Assembly: GCF_009914755.1 (NCBI RefSeq)
Contig: NC_060925.1
Direction: 5' to 3' (one strand)
Length of the DNA stretch: 64,000 nucleotides
DNA from: the human T2T-CHM13v2.0 reference genome, Homo sapiens
Made by a program: the position numbers and the translations under genes. The notes beneath the pieces are model-generated. The model searched no databases, was not told the DNA's origin, and saw only the letters and a program-made list of their open reading frames with translations. Shown here piece by piece: positions 28,581 to 40,368 of the stretch (positions are counted from its first letter, which is position 1; each line of letters begins with the position of its first letter).

Positions 28581-29352
28581 TTGTCTGATCTAAGTGACCT
28601 TTCTCCTGTGTAAATGACTACTTTCACAATGCTTCTGACTCTTAGGGGAAAAAATCCCTGCATCCAGTTTCTGGAAAGCTGCTTTCGTTTACTGGAGGCA
28701 CTCAATAAAGCAAAGTCAGTAGAGGCAGTCATGATTCAAAGGGCAGACCACCTGGGCAAAGTGTTGGGGAGGTTTTGGGCAGGTCTCACCACCCACGTTG
28801 GCTTCTATGGCAATGGCCCAGCAAGCAGTGATGTTGCACCATGAGATGACATGTAAATTATACAATACAGGTTCAATAAGTCAGCCCCAAAATTCAACTT
28901 AAAGAGGATGTGATATGTATTCATTGTATGATATACTATTTATTTATCCTATTCTCTTCATGGGAGTATAGGTAGAGAATGTGACTTTAGATCAGTAAGA
29001 AGAAATTTTCACATTATTCTTGCTTTAATAGTACATTTTAGTGCCATTTACTGAGCTACACTGTCTTTGGTAATACATTCATTTATTCATTCACTCATTC
29101 CTCCCATATTTACTGGGTCCCTATGGCAGGCAAGAGGTAGTCTTAGGCATAGTATATTTAAAGACAAGTAAACTAGCCTTATGTTCTGGAGGTCACAGTC
29201 TAGTGGAGAGACAAATACATACACAAATCACAATTTAACTTGCCAATTAATATTTTAGTACAGATGTAAACACAGTTTTATGTTAGCAATAGAGCTGAAC
29301 AACAGGTTGAGATATTTAATATGATACTTCCTAAAAATATCGAGGGACTAAG

Positions 29353-29817
29353 TGTAAGGTCCTCTGAACAGGCTACACTGTGGTCGAGCCATTGTGACCC
29401 CTGTGACCCACACGTATAGGCTTCCTGGAGTCACAAAGCCTGGAGCAACAGGAGATCCACTAAAGAAGAAGAAACAGCTGGTTCCTGTCTTAACTGATTA
29501 ACCAACCTTGCAACATTCCACCATTGTGATATGCTCCTGCCCTACCCTAAGTAATCGATCGACCTTGTGATATCGTGCCTTGTGACCTCCCCCCACCTCG
29601 TGACTATGCACCTTGTGACATTCTTCCCCTGCCCAAAAAAACTGCCCCTAACTGTAACTTTCCACTACCTACCCCAAACCAATGAAACCAGTTCCACTCC
29701 CACCACCCTTCGCTGACTCCTTTCTCGGACTCAGCCCACTTGCACCCAAGTGAATAAACAGCCTTGTTGCTCACACTAAGCCTGCTCAGGTGGTCTCTTA
29801 TACAGATGAGCTTAACA
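29353..29817 (+). mobile_element. ERV1 solo LTR of the HERV-H/F group (LTR7-related, possibly LTR46)
   Basis: TG...CA ends, 465 bp; LTR7-like blocks gttcctgtcttaactgat, cccttcgctgactcctttctcggactcagccc and gaataaacagccttgttgctcacac; TSD ctaag/gtaag. Confidence 0.8.
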
Positions 29818-30337
29818 GTAAGTAATAGTTTAAAGGAATATCCCAAGAGGGGCGTGATGAAGAAAGGACCCAATATTTCAGACTAATTGTATGTCCTGCA
29901 CAAATTCCCTGCTCCTACCTCAGTAAAGCCCCACTGATAGTGGCTTCTGAGTTATTTAGTCAGCACCCTTTGTAGGAGGGGCTCTATAGCAGTGTTCACT
30001 GCTCTGTACTCTGAGCTCACTGGCACTCAGGTTATACCTAAATCATGGCACAGAGTTCCAACTCGCTAGCTCAAAAAATTAGGGTTATTTTGAAGAGACA
30101 GAGGGCTTTAATACAGCAGTTCTGAAAAGCTAAGGATGCTGTATTTCCTTCTCATGGACTAGGACCATTACCTTTCTGTTTTTCTTTGACTGCACGACTC
30201 TGCTCTCTCGCTGCTGGATGGAATTCTCATTTTACCTTACATAAAGCACATAAAGGCTGCCCTTGCCTCCTCTCTAGCTTTGTAACTCTCTTTTTGGCCT
30301 CTCCCACTCATTGCTAACTCTTAAAAGTGTTAGGAGC

Positions 30338-32250
30338 TATATTTGTCCGTTTTCACACTGCTGATAAAGACATACCCAAGACTGGACAATTTACAAAACA
30401 AACTTATTGGTCTTACAGTTCCCAACTATCCCCCAAAGTTTTAACTCATTTCAGCATTAACTCAAAAGTCCACAGTCCAAAGTCTCATCCAAGATAAGGC
30501 AAGTCCCTTTTGCCTATGAGCCTGTAAAATCAAAAGCAAGTTAGTTACTTCCTAGATACAATGGGGGTACAGGCATTGGGTAAATACAGCCATTCCAAAT
30601 GGGAGAAATTGGCCAAAACAAAGGGGCTACAGGCCCTGGGCAAGTCTGAAATCCAGTGGGGCAGTCAAATCTTAAGGCTTCAAAATGATCTCTTTTGATT
30701 CCATGTCTCACATCCAGGTCATGCCTATGTAAGAAATGGGTTCCCATAGTCTTGGGCAGCTCTGTCCCTGTGGCTTTGCAGGGTGCAGCTTCCTTCCTGG
30801 CTGCTTTCATGGGCTAGCACTGAGTATCTGTGGCTTTTCCAGGTGCATGGTGCAAACTGTTGGTGGATCTACCATTCTGGAGTCAGGAGGACAGTGACCC
30901 TCTTCTCACAGCTCCACTAGGCAGTGCCCCAGGAGGGACTCTGTGTGGAGGCTCCAACTCCACATTTCCCTTCTGCACTGCTCTAGCAGAGATTCTCCAT
31001 GAGGCGCCTGCCTCTGCATCAAACTTCTGCCTGGGCATCCAGGCATTTCCATACACTGGTGTTCCCAAACCTCAATTCTTGACTTCTGTGCACCCGCAGG
31101 CTCAATACCATGTGGAAGCTGCCAAGGTTTGGGGCTTGACCCCTCTGAAGTCACAGCTTGAGCTCCATGTTGTCCCCTTTCATCCATGGATGGAGTGGCT
31201 GGGAAGCAGGGCACCAAGTCCCTAGGCTGCACACAGCATGGGGACCCTGGGCCAGGCTGCGGACGAAACCATATTTTGCTCTTAGGCCTCTGAGCCTGTG
31301 ATGGGAGGGGCTGCCATGAAGACCTCTGACATGCGCTGGGGACATTTTCCTCATTGTCTTGGTGATTAACATTTGGCTCCTTGTTACTTATGCAAATTTC
31401 TGCAGCTGGCTTGAATTTCTCCTCAGAAAATGGGATATTTTTTCTATGGCAGTGTCAGGCTGCAAATTTTCCCAACTTTTATGCTCTGTTTCTCCTTTAA
31501 AACTTAGTGCTTTTAACAACACCCAGGTCACCTCTTGAATGCTTCGCTGCTTAGAAATTTCTTCCACCAGATACCCTAAATCATCTCTCTCAAGTTCCAA
31601 GTTCCACAAATCTCTAGGGCAGGGACAAAATGCTGCTAGTCTCTTTGCTAAAACATAGCAAGAGTCACCTTTACTCCAGTTCCGGACAAGTTCTTCATCT
31701 CCATCTGAGACCACCTCAGCCTGGATTTCATTGTCTGTATCATTATCAGTATTTTGGTCAAAGCCATTCAACAAGTCTCTAGGGAGTTCGAAACTTTCCT
31801 ACATTTTTTGCCTTCTTCTGAGCCCTCCAAACTGTTCCAACCTCTGCCTGTTACTTAGTTCCAAAGTCGCTTCCACATTTTTGGGTATCTTTTCAGTAGC
31901 ACCCCACTCTACTGGTACCAATTTACTCTGTTAGTCCATTTTCACACTGCTGATAAAGACATACCTGAGACTGGGCAATTTACAAAAGAAAGAGGTTTAT
32001 TGGGCTTACAGTTCCACATGGCTGGGGAGGCCTCACAATCATGGTGGAAGGTGAAAGGCATATCTCACATGGATGGCAGCAGGCAAAGAGAGAGCTTGTG
32101 CAGGGAAAAATCTCATGAAACTTATTCACTATCAAGAGAACAGTACGGGAAGATCTGCCCCCATGATTCAATTACCTCCCACCAAGTCCCTTCCACGACA
32201 TGTGGGAATTCATGATGAGATTTTGGTGGGGACACAGCCAAACCATATCA
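30338..32250 (-). mobile_element. THE1 MaLR element (LTR-internal-LTR) with TSD GGAGC; left LTR partly deleted
   Basis: Intact LTR at 31929-32250, THE1-internal at about 30425-31928, an ~85-bp LTR remnant at 30338-30422; GGAGC at 30333-30337 and 32251-32255. Confidence 0.9.
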
Positions 32251-32692
32251 GGAGCTCACCACCAGTACTCAGCTGAGACAAGAGCTGGGAAAAAAATGCA
32301 CTGGCCAGAGCACAGCTGCTTAGGACACTAGGGGATCTGTACAGGAATTCCCCAGAAGGAAGCATGGGTGGGTGGGCACCTTGAAATATGGCAGCAGGTT
32401 ACAGGAAGTGCTTCTAGTTAGATGCCAAGCTATTCTGTGCTTTGCCTCTGAACTTGCTCATATTGCCTCTATTTTTGAAATTGTACATAGATAAATCCCC
32501 AAAGGAATCATATTTGTTCAATGCTTAGCTGTCTTCCTAGCATTTTACTAAGCTTTTTACTTTCAATGTGGTCCTTACAAAAAGTAGATAGAGCCAGTAT
32601 TACTGCAACCCCATTTTCCTGACAGCTCACTGAAGAACAGTCACTTGTTCAGAGAATGCAAGTCCCAAATAGTGAAGCTAGGCCAAGTACAT

Positions 32693-33082
32693 GGGCAGAC
32701 AGAAGAAGGAAAGCCCAGCATCTACCAATCTTTGACCATCAATACTTAGAAGTAAATGACCTGCTTCAGTGACTTCTCATACTCCATCACTTTCCAAATA
32801 ACATGTAAAACCCATAGCTCCTGCAGCATTTGAGGATATATGCCAAGCACTTTTAAAAACAGTTTTATTTTGAATTGATAAACAATTATTCTATACATAT
32901 TTGGGTCACAATATGATGTTTCAATACACTCATATATTGTGGAATGATCAAATCAGGCGAATAAGTGTGTCTATCACCTCAAATATTTATCATTTCTTTG
33001 TGGTGAGAACATTTAAAATCATATTCTTTAGTTATTTTGAAATATATAATACATTGACCTTGTGAAATACATCTGTTTCTGG
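32693..33082 (+). pseudogene. FMO exon 3 remnant, split by an L1 insertion
   Basis: GQTEEGKPSIYQSLTINT*K*MTCFSDF / HHFPNNM*NP*LLQHLRIYAKHF (to 32853) plus DLVKYICFW (33056-33082), then GTAAG. 161+27=188 nt versus the recalled 189 nt; no recognisable acceptor. Confidence 0.9.
32854..33055 (-). mobile_element. ~200-bp L1M (L1MA-like) 3' end inside FMO exon 3
   Basis: aatgatcaaatcagg...tcacctcaaatatttatcatttctttgtggtgagaacatttaaaat is antisense L1MA-type 3'UTR. Confidence 0.85.
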
Positions 33083-34104
33083 GTAAGCTTTAAAGTTTTT
33101 TATAATTATTATTATTTTGACCTTTGAGCGCAAAGCTGATGAGGGCAATTGTCACCTTTCTCCAGAAATGGGCACATAAATACAATATTTTTCATGAAAT
33201 TTCAGAAGATTAAATCTCCTGGTTTAGAAATACTGCTCACTGATTTAGAGGCAATAGTGTGTTTATTTGCAAAAGCTTATTCCCTATATAGCGGTCTTTT
33301 GTGAATATGTGTGTATATCAACAATACAACTTTCTCACTTGGCATTTTCTTTGCAGAAAGGCAGAGTATTGTTAAAATTCCCTTTTCGGAGCCATCTCTT
33401 TCTGGATTAAATGAGTTAGTGCAGATAGAATACTTAGATTGGTGGCTTTCCTAAGGTAAACACTAACCATTAACAGTCATTATCCTCATTTCTCTACACT
33501 CATGGAACCTTAAATTTGGAAAGGCTATGCCATATCTCTCTAGAAATTCATTTTTTCTGATAGATGGATATCTAGTCCCTGCTTGATTACTTCCCACAAC
33601 AGGTTGCTTACAACCTCACAGGAAAATCTAATTTAGTGTTAGACAGCATTTGATGACTCTGTGGCATAATCCCCAAAACAACAACTGTTGAACATGTATG
33701 TGTCCGTACATTTATCCATCTCTCATGTGTCAGTTTATCCCTATATTCTTCTATTTGAAAGACTTAAAATCGAGGGTGTATTGTCATATATATCTGCTTC
33801 GTAAGCTATATTACCAAGGGAAAAAAGGTCAAGCATCAGCTATAAAGGAAAAAAATAACTTATTTATTACACATCACTCAATTTTCACAAAAATTGTGAA
33901 AGAACTTTAAATGAGATGGTAAATCTCACCAAAGATTTTTACACATAGGAAGATCTAAAAAAAAATGATTACTCAGAATTCACTTTTCTTGAAATCTGTG
34001 AAGTAAACAGCATGATCTCTGTTGGTTCCAATCCAGTCCTCTGGTTTCAGAAGGAGGTAGAAGGAGCTGGCATGTGACACCCATATTTGTCCTTTGGTTC
34101 TCAG

Positions 34105-34252
34105 ATAAAGATGTGCAGTATGAGGAAGCATCCTGGTTTCTCTTGCACTGGCCAATGGAACATTGTGGTGAGGCTGAGGGGAAGCAAAGGTCATCTGTCT
34201 CTGGCACAGTTATGGGCTGCAGTGGTCATCAGACTGACCCTCATTTACCTAG
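34105..34252 (+). pseudogene. FMO exon 4 remnant
   Basis: Acceptor ttctcag; IKMCSMRKHPGFSCTGQWNIVV, frameshift, EAEGKQRSSVSGTVMGCSGHQTDPHLP; donor GTATGT at 34253. Confidence 0.92.
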
Positions 34253-35070
34253 GTATGTAACTTTCCTATCTTGGGGAATCCTAATGGTGGAGGGATGATT
34301 TATGCAAAGCAAAGGAAATGCCTCTCCTTTATAACAGTCTGTGGTTAAGTAAAACAAATTTAAAATTATCTTGACAATGTCAAACAATAAGTCACTAACC
34401 CAAATAAATAACCCCTTTTAGAAGAAAACCTGACTTCTGTAGAGATTTCAGTTTTATAAAGGAAAAAGCCTGTTAGAATCAGAATGTCCAAGCCCAAACC
34501 AAAAATAGCACTTACTTTTCAACAAAGGTATCTATCTGTTTTACCCCCCTCTAAGTGTTGTCAGACTACACTTAAAGGATTATGTTCTGTTCTCATTTTA
34601 AATTTATTTTTAAAAATTTATTTATTTATTTTTTATTGTACTCTTTGAAGTGTTTCACTTTGAAGGAATGGTGACAAAAGGGAACTTCATTAAAGGAGAA
34701 CAATAAGAATATTAAAGAGATAAATGCAGCTTGGTGAACATTTAAAAACCACTAAAGTTATTTAACCTGAGAGGGACATTCACTGGGGGAGGAGGACACT
34801 CACGGAGGGAGGAAGAGGAGCAGGATAGCTGTGTTTGACCACAACTCACCATCATATAAAAGATGGAGTCAACACGATGTGTGTTCTTGTTGAGCAAAAC
34901 AAGTAGTGGATAGAGGCTCCAGGAAGGTCGACTTGGATCTAAATAAGAAGGGATTTCCAACAAGAAGTAATGATCTAAAATGAAACGGTCTGCCTTGTGA
35001 AGTAGTAGATTTCCTAATTAAGGAAATATTTAAGCAGAAACTAATGATCATTAATGAGGAGTTTATAGAT

Positions 35071-35270
35071 CAATGGTTCTCAAACTTTAGTATGGCAAGA
35101 ATCACCCAAAGTCCTTGTTAAATCAGATTATTAGTTCCAACTCCCCAAAATTCCAATTCAACATGTGTGGAGTGGGTCCTCTGAATTGAATTTGCCTTTG
35201 CCTAAGTTCTCTGGTGCTGCTGCTGCTGCTACTGCCGGTCTGTGGGTTAATTTTGCATAGCAAGTCTCTG
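35071..35270. mobile_element. MER5A hAT-Charlie MITE
   Basis: caatggttctcaaactttagtatggcaagaatcaccc...cttgttaaatcagatt. Confidence 0.7.
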
Positions 35271-35482
35271 CTAATATATGATGTAAAATTGGACCAGATG
35301 GACTCATTTTCCAATTTTGAGAGTCCATGATGATAATGATAGAAAAAACATAGTATGCTGTATGGATTTGGGTATTACCAAAATGAACTTGCTCTGTGAA
35401 AATGTATATAAAATAACTTCATGTGTTTACTATGGTAAATAAGATTTCTGTTAGTATCAGTTAATGTTGGTGTAACATAGAG

Positions 35483-36011
35483 CAGTGGTCTCCAATCTTT
35501 TTGGCACCAGGGAAGAGTTTTGTGGAAGACAATTTTTCCACAGAGTGGGGTGGGGTGGGGATGATTTGGGGAAGATTCAAATGCATTACACTTATTGTGC
35601 ACTCTATTTCTATTATTATTACATTGTAATATATAATGAAATGATTATCCAATTCACCATCATGTAGAATCAGTGGGAGCCCTGAGCTTGTTTTCCTGAA
35701 ACTAGATGGTCCCATCTCAAGGGATAGGAGACAGTAACAGATCATTAGATATTAGATTCTCATAAGGAGCATGCAACCTAGATCCTTCACATGTGCAGTC
35801 CACAATAGCGTTTGCACTCCTATGAGAATCCAATGCCACCACTGATCTGACAGGAGGCAAAACTCAGGCAGTAATGCAAGCAATGGGCAGTGGCTGCAAA
35901 TACAGATGAAGCTTTGCTTGCTAGTCCACCGCTCACCTCCTGCTGTGCAGCCCAGTTCCTAACAGGCCACAGACCAGTACCAGTCCATGGCCCACGGATT
36001 ATGGATCTCTG
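35483..36011. mobile_element. MER1A hAT-Charlie element
   Basis: cagtggtctccaatctttttggcaccaggg ... gatctctg, about 530 bp; imperfect 8-bp TSD acatagag/acacagaa. Confidence 0.85.
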
Positions 36012-36176
36012 ACACAGAAGGACCAGTAGTAAAAGAAGTTGAACATGGTACTATATATAAATTCTAGTTATAAAATGGGTTTACTGTTAGACTGCACAAA
36101 TGCAATGCAAAAGCTAAAGTAACCTTTGCATTTCTTGAATCTAAACAATTATTTTCCATTTATTTTCCTTAAATAG

Positions 36177-36318
36177 AGATTGAGAAATTCAAAGGCAAAT
36201 ATTTCCACAGTGAGAAATATAAAATTTAGAGGGATTTATGGGAAACAGAATCCTCATGACTGGCATTGGAAATTCTGGCTCTGATCTGGCTGTGGTGCTC
36301 AGCCACACTGCAAAGCAA
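36177..36318 (+). pseudogene. FMO exon 5 remnant (FMO signature and NADPH-binding motif)
   Basis: Acceptor ccttaaatag; IEKFKGKYFHSEKYK, -1 frameshift, EGFMGNRILMTGIGNSGSDLAVVLSHTAKQ; donor GT replaced by GC; 142 nt versus the recalled 143 nt. Confidence 0.95.
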
Positions 36319-37188
36319 GCCTATTTTCTTACAGCTGCATCTTGTTGTTGTGGTAATCCTCCACCTGCATGGAGAGGCACAAAGTATAGGATAACCAAGA
36401 TTCAGGGGTTATTTTTATGGCTTCCCACTGAAAACACCTTATCTACACACAAGAGACAACAAAGGATTAAGTGTGTTGGCTGGGCCAAATGGATTCCCAG
36501 TAATCAGATCAGAAATATTCAGGTCGTTTGCTCTCTGCCAAGATCTCTACTAGTTAACACAGATATATTGTAGATGATTACATGGTTATTAAAAAAAATT
36601 ACATTATAGGACTCCAGGCATTTGTGATCCCATTTATGGTTAAAAAAAAAAAAACCTATATATCTATGGTTATATGTGCATATGCAATTTCAAAAAAGAT
36701 TCAAGTAACTGTTAACAGTGGCTTCCTCTGGGCATAAAGAATGGATATGCATGTGTGTGGGGGGGAGGTGAGGGGGTTATATATATTTTGTTAACAGATC
36801 GAGAGTGAGATTACAATACTTAACTAGTGAAACAAAATATTCAGCAACTTTGATAATTAATTCAGACCATCACTCTGCTACTCCTAATGACAAGGTTTAG
36901 AAATATAGCTACAACTGGCAAAGAAGATTTGGGGAGATTTAGAGTGATCTAGATAGGCGGTTTAAATACTGCAAATTTTCCAAACTGTTATTTGACAATG
37001 CACTGACTTTGAAGTCTCTGAACAATCTGTGAACAGTAGTTGTGTTCATTTAATGTGGTTAACAAGGGGTAGATAGATCAGCTGTTGGCTATGTGCTAAA
37101 CAATTTCACAATAATTAATTTGTACCAGGGGAGCTAAGACACCAAGGTAATTTACCTAAACCAAGGGTCAGTTTTGTCAATGTGCAAG

Positions 37189-37206
37189 TCCGCCCTCTGC
37201 TGGCCA
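37189..37206 (-). promoter_or_regulatory. CTCF consensus motif
   Basis: Minus strand reads TGGCCAGCAGAGGGCGGA, a close match to the CTCF core CCASYAGRKGGCR; binding is not shown by sequence. Confidence 0.55.
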
Positions 37207-38150
37207 TTCTGGGAAAATCACAGCTATTTTATAGCAACTGTAGTTATCTCTGATGGTCCAGATCATTCTTTCAAGAGTACTTATTATTCACCTACTGTGT
37301 GCCAGGTACATTATCATACATGATACAAGTGTCTGTTGTATGATTCTCTTTACTTTTTTGCATGTGTAAAATATTTTATCACTAAAAATATCCAATGTAA
37401 AGAGCAAAAAAAGTCTGAAAAATACGACAAATAAAACAATATTATTTTAAAGAAATTCTGATAGTAGTTCTTTGAGCCAATTAAATGAGGTTAAATTCCT
37501 GTAATCAATAAAATATTATAGCATCTTAAAGCTTGGCATTGCTGAAGAAATTATTTAGTTCAACCCCCATATTTTACAGCCAAGAAAACTGAGGGTCCAA
37601 GACATTAATAGTTAGTGTAAAGGAAGGCAGGAAATTACTTAAAAGGCTCGTACTAAAATCGACATCTCCTTCCTAGAAGATTTGCTTACATTTCAACCTA
37701 AGAATAAAAGAAATAATCAACTTTTTTTTTCTTTTTACAGATGTAAGCAATGATCACTGACTTGACAAAGGAAATGCATAGGGATTAATTTAAATGGTTT
37801 GTGTAGAGATATTTATTTAGGGTTCATTCACACAGAAGCAAATTGCTTAAGCATGAAATTGGATGAGGATACTAGAGAGTGAATTGAGAAGTAAAAGTGA
37901 GGGAAGCTGATCCCAGCCCTTTGCAAATTTAAGATTTAGGATCCCCAGCTTGGAAATGGTTATGCTAATTAAGGACTGAAGACTGGCAGAGTTTAGAAGA
38001 TCAAGAAGGTGAGAGAGCCCAGGAGCACCAGGCACTGCTGGGGTTTAGATAGGTAAAGGACAAAGTACTTGATCTTGTGAAGCCTATAGATTAGCAGGAA
38101 AAGTACATAGTCACACCACCAAAGATTGTAAAGTGTTAGTTTTCCAAGTC

Positions 38151-38301
38151 TTTTTTTTTTGAGACGGAGTCTCTCTGTTGCCCAGGCTGGAGTGCAGTGG
38201 CGTGATCTCAGCTCCGCTCACTGCAAGCTCCGCCTCCCGGGTTCACGCCATTCTCCTGCCTCAGCCTCCCGAGTAGCTGGGACTACAGGCACCCGCCACC
38301 A
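38151..38301 (-). mobile_element. AluY-like right arm only
   Basis: gcaagctccgcctcccgggttcacgccattctcc (AluY diagnostic); stops before the linker and left arm. Confidence 0.9.
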
Positions 38302-38330
38302 CTCAGTATTTATTGGCCCTTACTTTACAG

Positions 38331-38376
38331 ATAATTCTAACCATGGGTTGTCTGGTTTGACAGGCCAGAACCACAA
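38331..38376 (+). pseudogene. Collapsed FMO exon 6 remnant (46 nt)
   Basis: Acceptor cccttactttacag; NHGLSGLTGQNH resembles FMO NHxxYGLxPxH; phase-2 donor aa|GTGAG is compatible with the exon 7 start. Confidence 0.55.
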
Positions 38377-39180
38377 GTGAGAAGGGAAATACTGCTGGCT
38401 GCAGATTCAGTGACAAGAGCTATAATAATGAACAACACAGGGAGGAGTCATTAAAACTGCATTATAGCATTTGAGCAGTAATTAAGGTGCTTAATGATCA
38501 GAATAAGCAATAAAAAAGGTTAAGTTATGTTCGTTGCACACTGTTTAAGAAATGAGACAAGAGCTTAATCAATTTTAGAAATATTTTAATCAAAACAAAG
38601 TGAAAAAGTAAAGAAATTGTAAAAGAAGTATTTTCTTAACTGTATAAATGTAAGTTTCCTCAACATCCTGATAATATGACAGTGCCAGACAAATGAGACT
38701 TTGCTATATGCTATATGATTGTGTGCCAATCATCACCACTATGTGAAATTCAGCTAAATATCTCAGAACAAAGAGAACCAGGGGTTGTGATAAATGCTAG
38801 ATCAGAGCTGAGAATGAGTCCCCAGAGCCAGCTTTTATAGGTGCCTCTGTCTTGTGCTAGTGTAGACAGGCTGTGCTTAAGGCCCTACCGTGGAAAGACA
38901 GGTGAAGATGTTTCCAGTGGAAGACCAGAGCTTTGCCTTCCTGGCTTTTTACTTTTCTTAGTATGAGATCAACCTCATATAGGGAGAGTGAAGGAAGAGG
39001 AAAGGAGGAGGAAAAGGAGAACCCTGGAGTCCAAATCTTTCCTAGAGACCATTTTTTAATACATCTGTAGAAACAGAAGGGGAAAAAAGAGTATTCAATA
39101 ACATTTTCCAGAATGAATAAATGGATAAGTAAATGAAGTGAGACAAATACTAATATGAGCCATCTTCCCCAGTTTTGAAG

Positions 39181-39534
39181 ATTTCTCAACTCTCAATGAC
39201 AGTGAGAGCTTAGCGACAACCTTCCCAAAACATCCATTTCTGTCAGAATAATGATCAAACCCAATGTGAAAGAATTCACGGAAATAGCTGCCACTTTTTA
39301 ACACCGTAGCACTGTGGAGAATGTTGATGTCATCTTTGCCAAATAACACACCTTCTCATTTCCTTTCTTTGAAGATTCTGTGAATATCACTGATAACCAG
39401 ATATTCCTATACAATTAGGTATTCCCACTTCATGTGGAAAAAGTGACTTTGGTTGTTGTTGTTAATGCAGCCATCGGGAGCTGTAATGCCAACAAGGAAA
39501 TTCCAAACTCTCTGGGCCACCTGAGTGTTAAAAG
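39181..39534 (+). pseudogene. FMO exon 7 remnant
   Basis: LSDNLPKTSISVRIMIKPNVKEFTEIAATF*HRSTVENVDVIFAK*HTFSFPFFEDSVNITDNQIFLYN*VFPLHVEKVTL / LMQPSGAVMPTRKFQTLWAT*VLK; AG and GT ends; 354 nt versus the recalled 356 nt; the FATGY motif is destroyed. Confidence 0.95.
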
Positions 39535-40296
39535 GTAACACAGTTAAAAGGAATGAATTCTTGTGGCTTCCTTTTTGCTACAGCCAGCCACCTTGAACCA
39601 AAGGAGCATTAAAATTGAGTCAGTTTAAATGAAAGAATGGGTCAATTACAACCGAAATTACTGTTCACTAACTTTGTTTAAAATAATTTTTTTATCCAGA
39701 TAAATTTTATTTAGCTTAAAGGCAATAACAGGGACACATCTTCCTTTTTTAAAATTATTTTTGGAGAATTTAGAAAGGCCCGAAAAGCCTAAAAAATTGT
39801 TATCAAGGGTGGGAAACTCATTCATAACAATTTTTACAAAACTGAGAGAATCCCCCATCCTGGTACACACTTTCTGGGCTCTCCCACAGCACAAAACCAG
39901 GATAGTCCAGAATCAGCCGCCAGCATCAGCATCACTCCAGGGCCCTGGGTTCCATTTAGAACTTGTACTAAAATTATTTTGGGGATGAGATTTCTCCTTC
40001 ATTCTTTTTCTTTTTATCTATTTTGTGGAACAGACAGTAATTGAGGAGCCAGAGAAGGAAAAACATGCCATTCTCAGCAATTCTCTTTAAAAATATAGGA
40101 ATAAAAACTCCCATTTATATTGCTAACAGGGAAAGAAAAAAGTCAGGTCTTCATTTTCTTTCTAGAACTCTTCTTTTAGGTCCTTTCAATTAGCTTTGGA
40201 GAAGCTCAGAACTCGCACTCCCACGCTTTTACTTTCCTGGAACTATACTCCTTGGCCTTTCCTAAACCTTTCCTTATCCTGTGTTTGCCTTCATAG

Positions 40297-40368
40297 GACT
40301 GAACACAGTCCGGTCCTCCATGGAGAGGATGGCTGACATGGTCCAGAGAATAGAGGCCACAGGGAAAA
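40297..40368 (+). pseudogene. FMO exon 8 remnant
   Basis: Acceptor tttgccttcatag; GLNTVRSSMERMADMVQRIEATGK resembles GLxxLPSxxxMMAD; GT at 40369; 72 nt versus the recalled 73 nt. Confidence 0.8.

Larger units (their letters stand above)
32693..40368 (+). pseudogene. FMO7P: Unprocessed flavin-containing monooxygenase pseudogene (exons 3-8); symbol tentative
   Basis: Colinear FMO-homologous exons with mostly conserved splice sites and phases, FMO signature FxGxxxHxxxYK and GxGxxG, and multiple stops and frameshifts. The FMO family call is strong. The symbol is inferred from recall of the FMO7P-FMO11P cluster and the absence of other FMO exons nearby. Confidence 0.8.

Noticed and set aside
30541-32276. 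Cluster of overlapping 60-130-aa ORFs
   Set aside because: All lie within THE1 internal or LTR sequence.
33357-33454. AG...GTAA-bounded segment between FMO exons 3 and 4
   Set aside because: No FMO homology was seen and FMO genes have no exon here; at most a cryptic exon.
36238-36573. 111-aa ORF with GIGNSG as a functional small protein
   Set aside because: Only the first 27 codons are FMO exon 5; the rest is intron read-through past a mutated donor.
38023-38052. STRHCWGLDR, resembling the FMO exon 6 start STRHGTW
   Set aside because: No acceptor precedes it and no homology follows it; likely chance.
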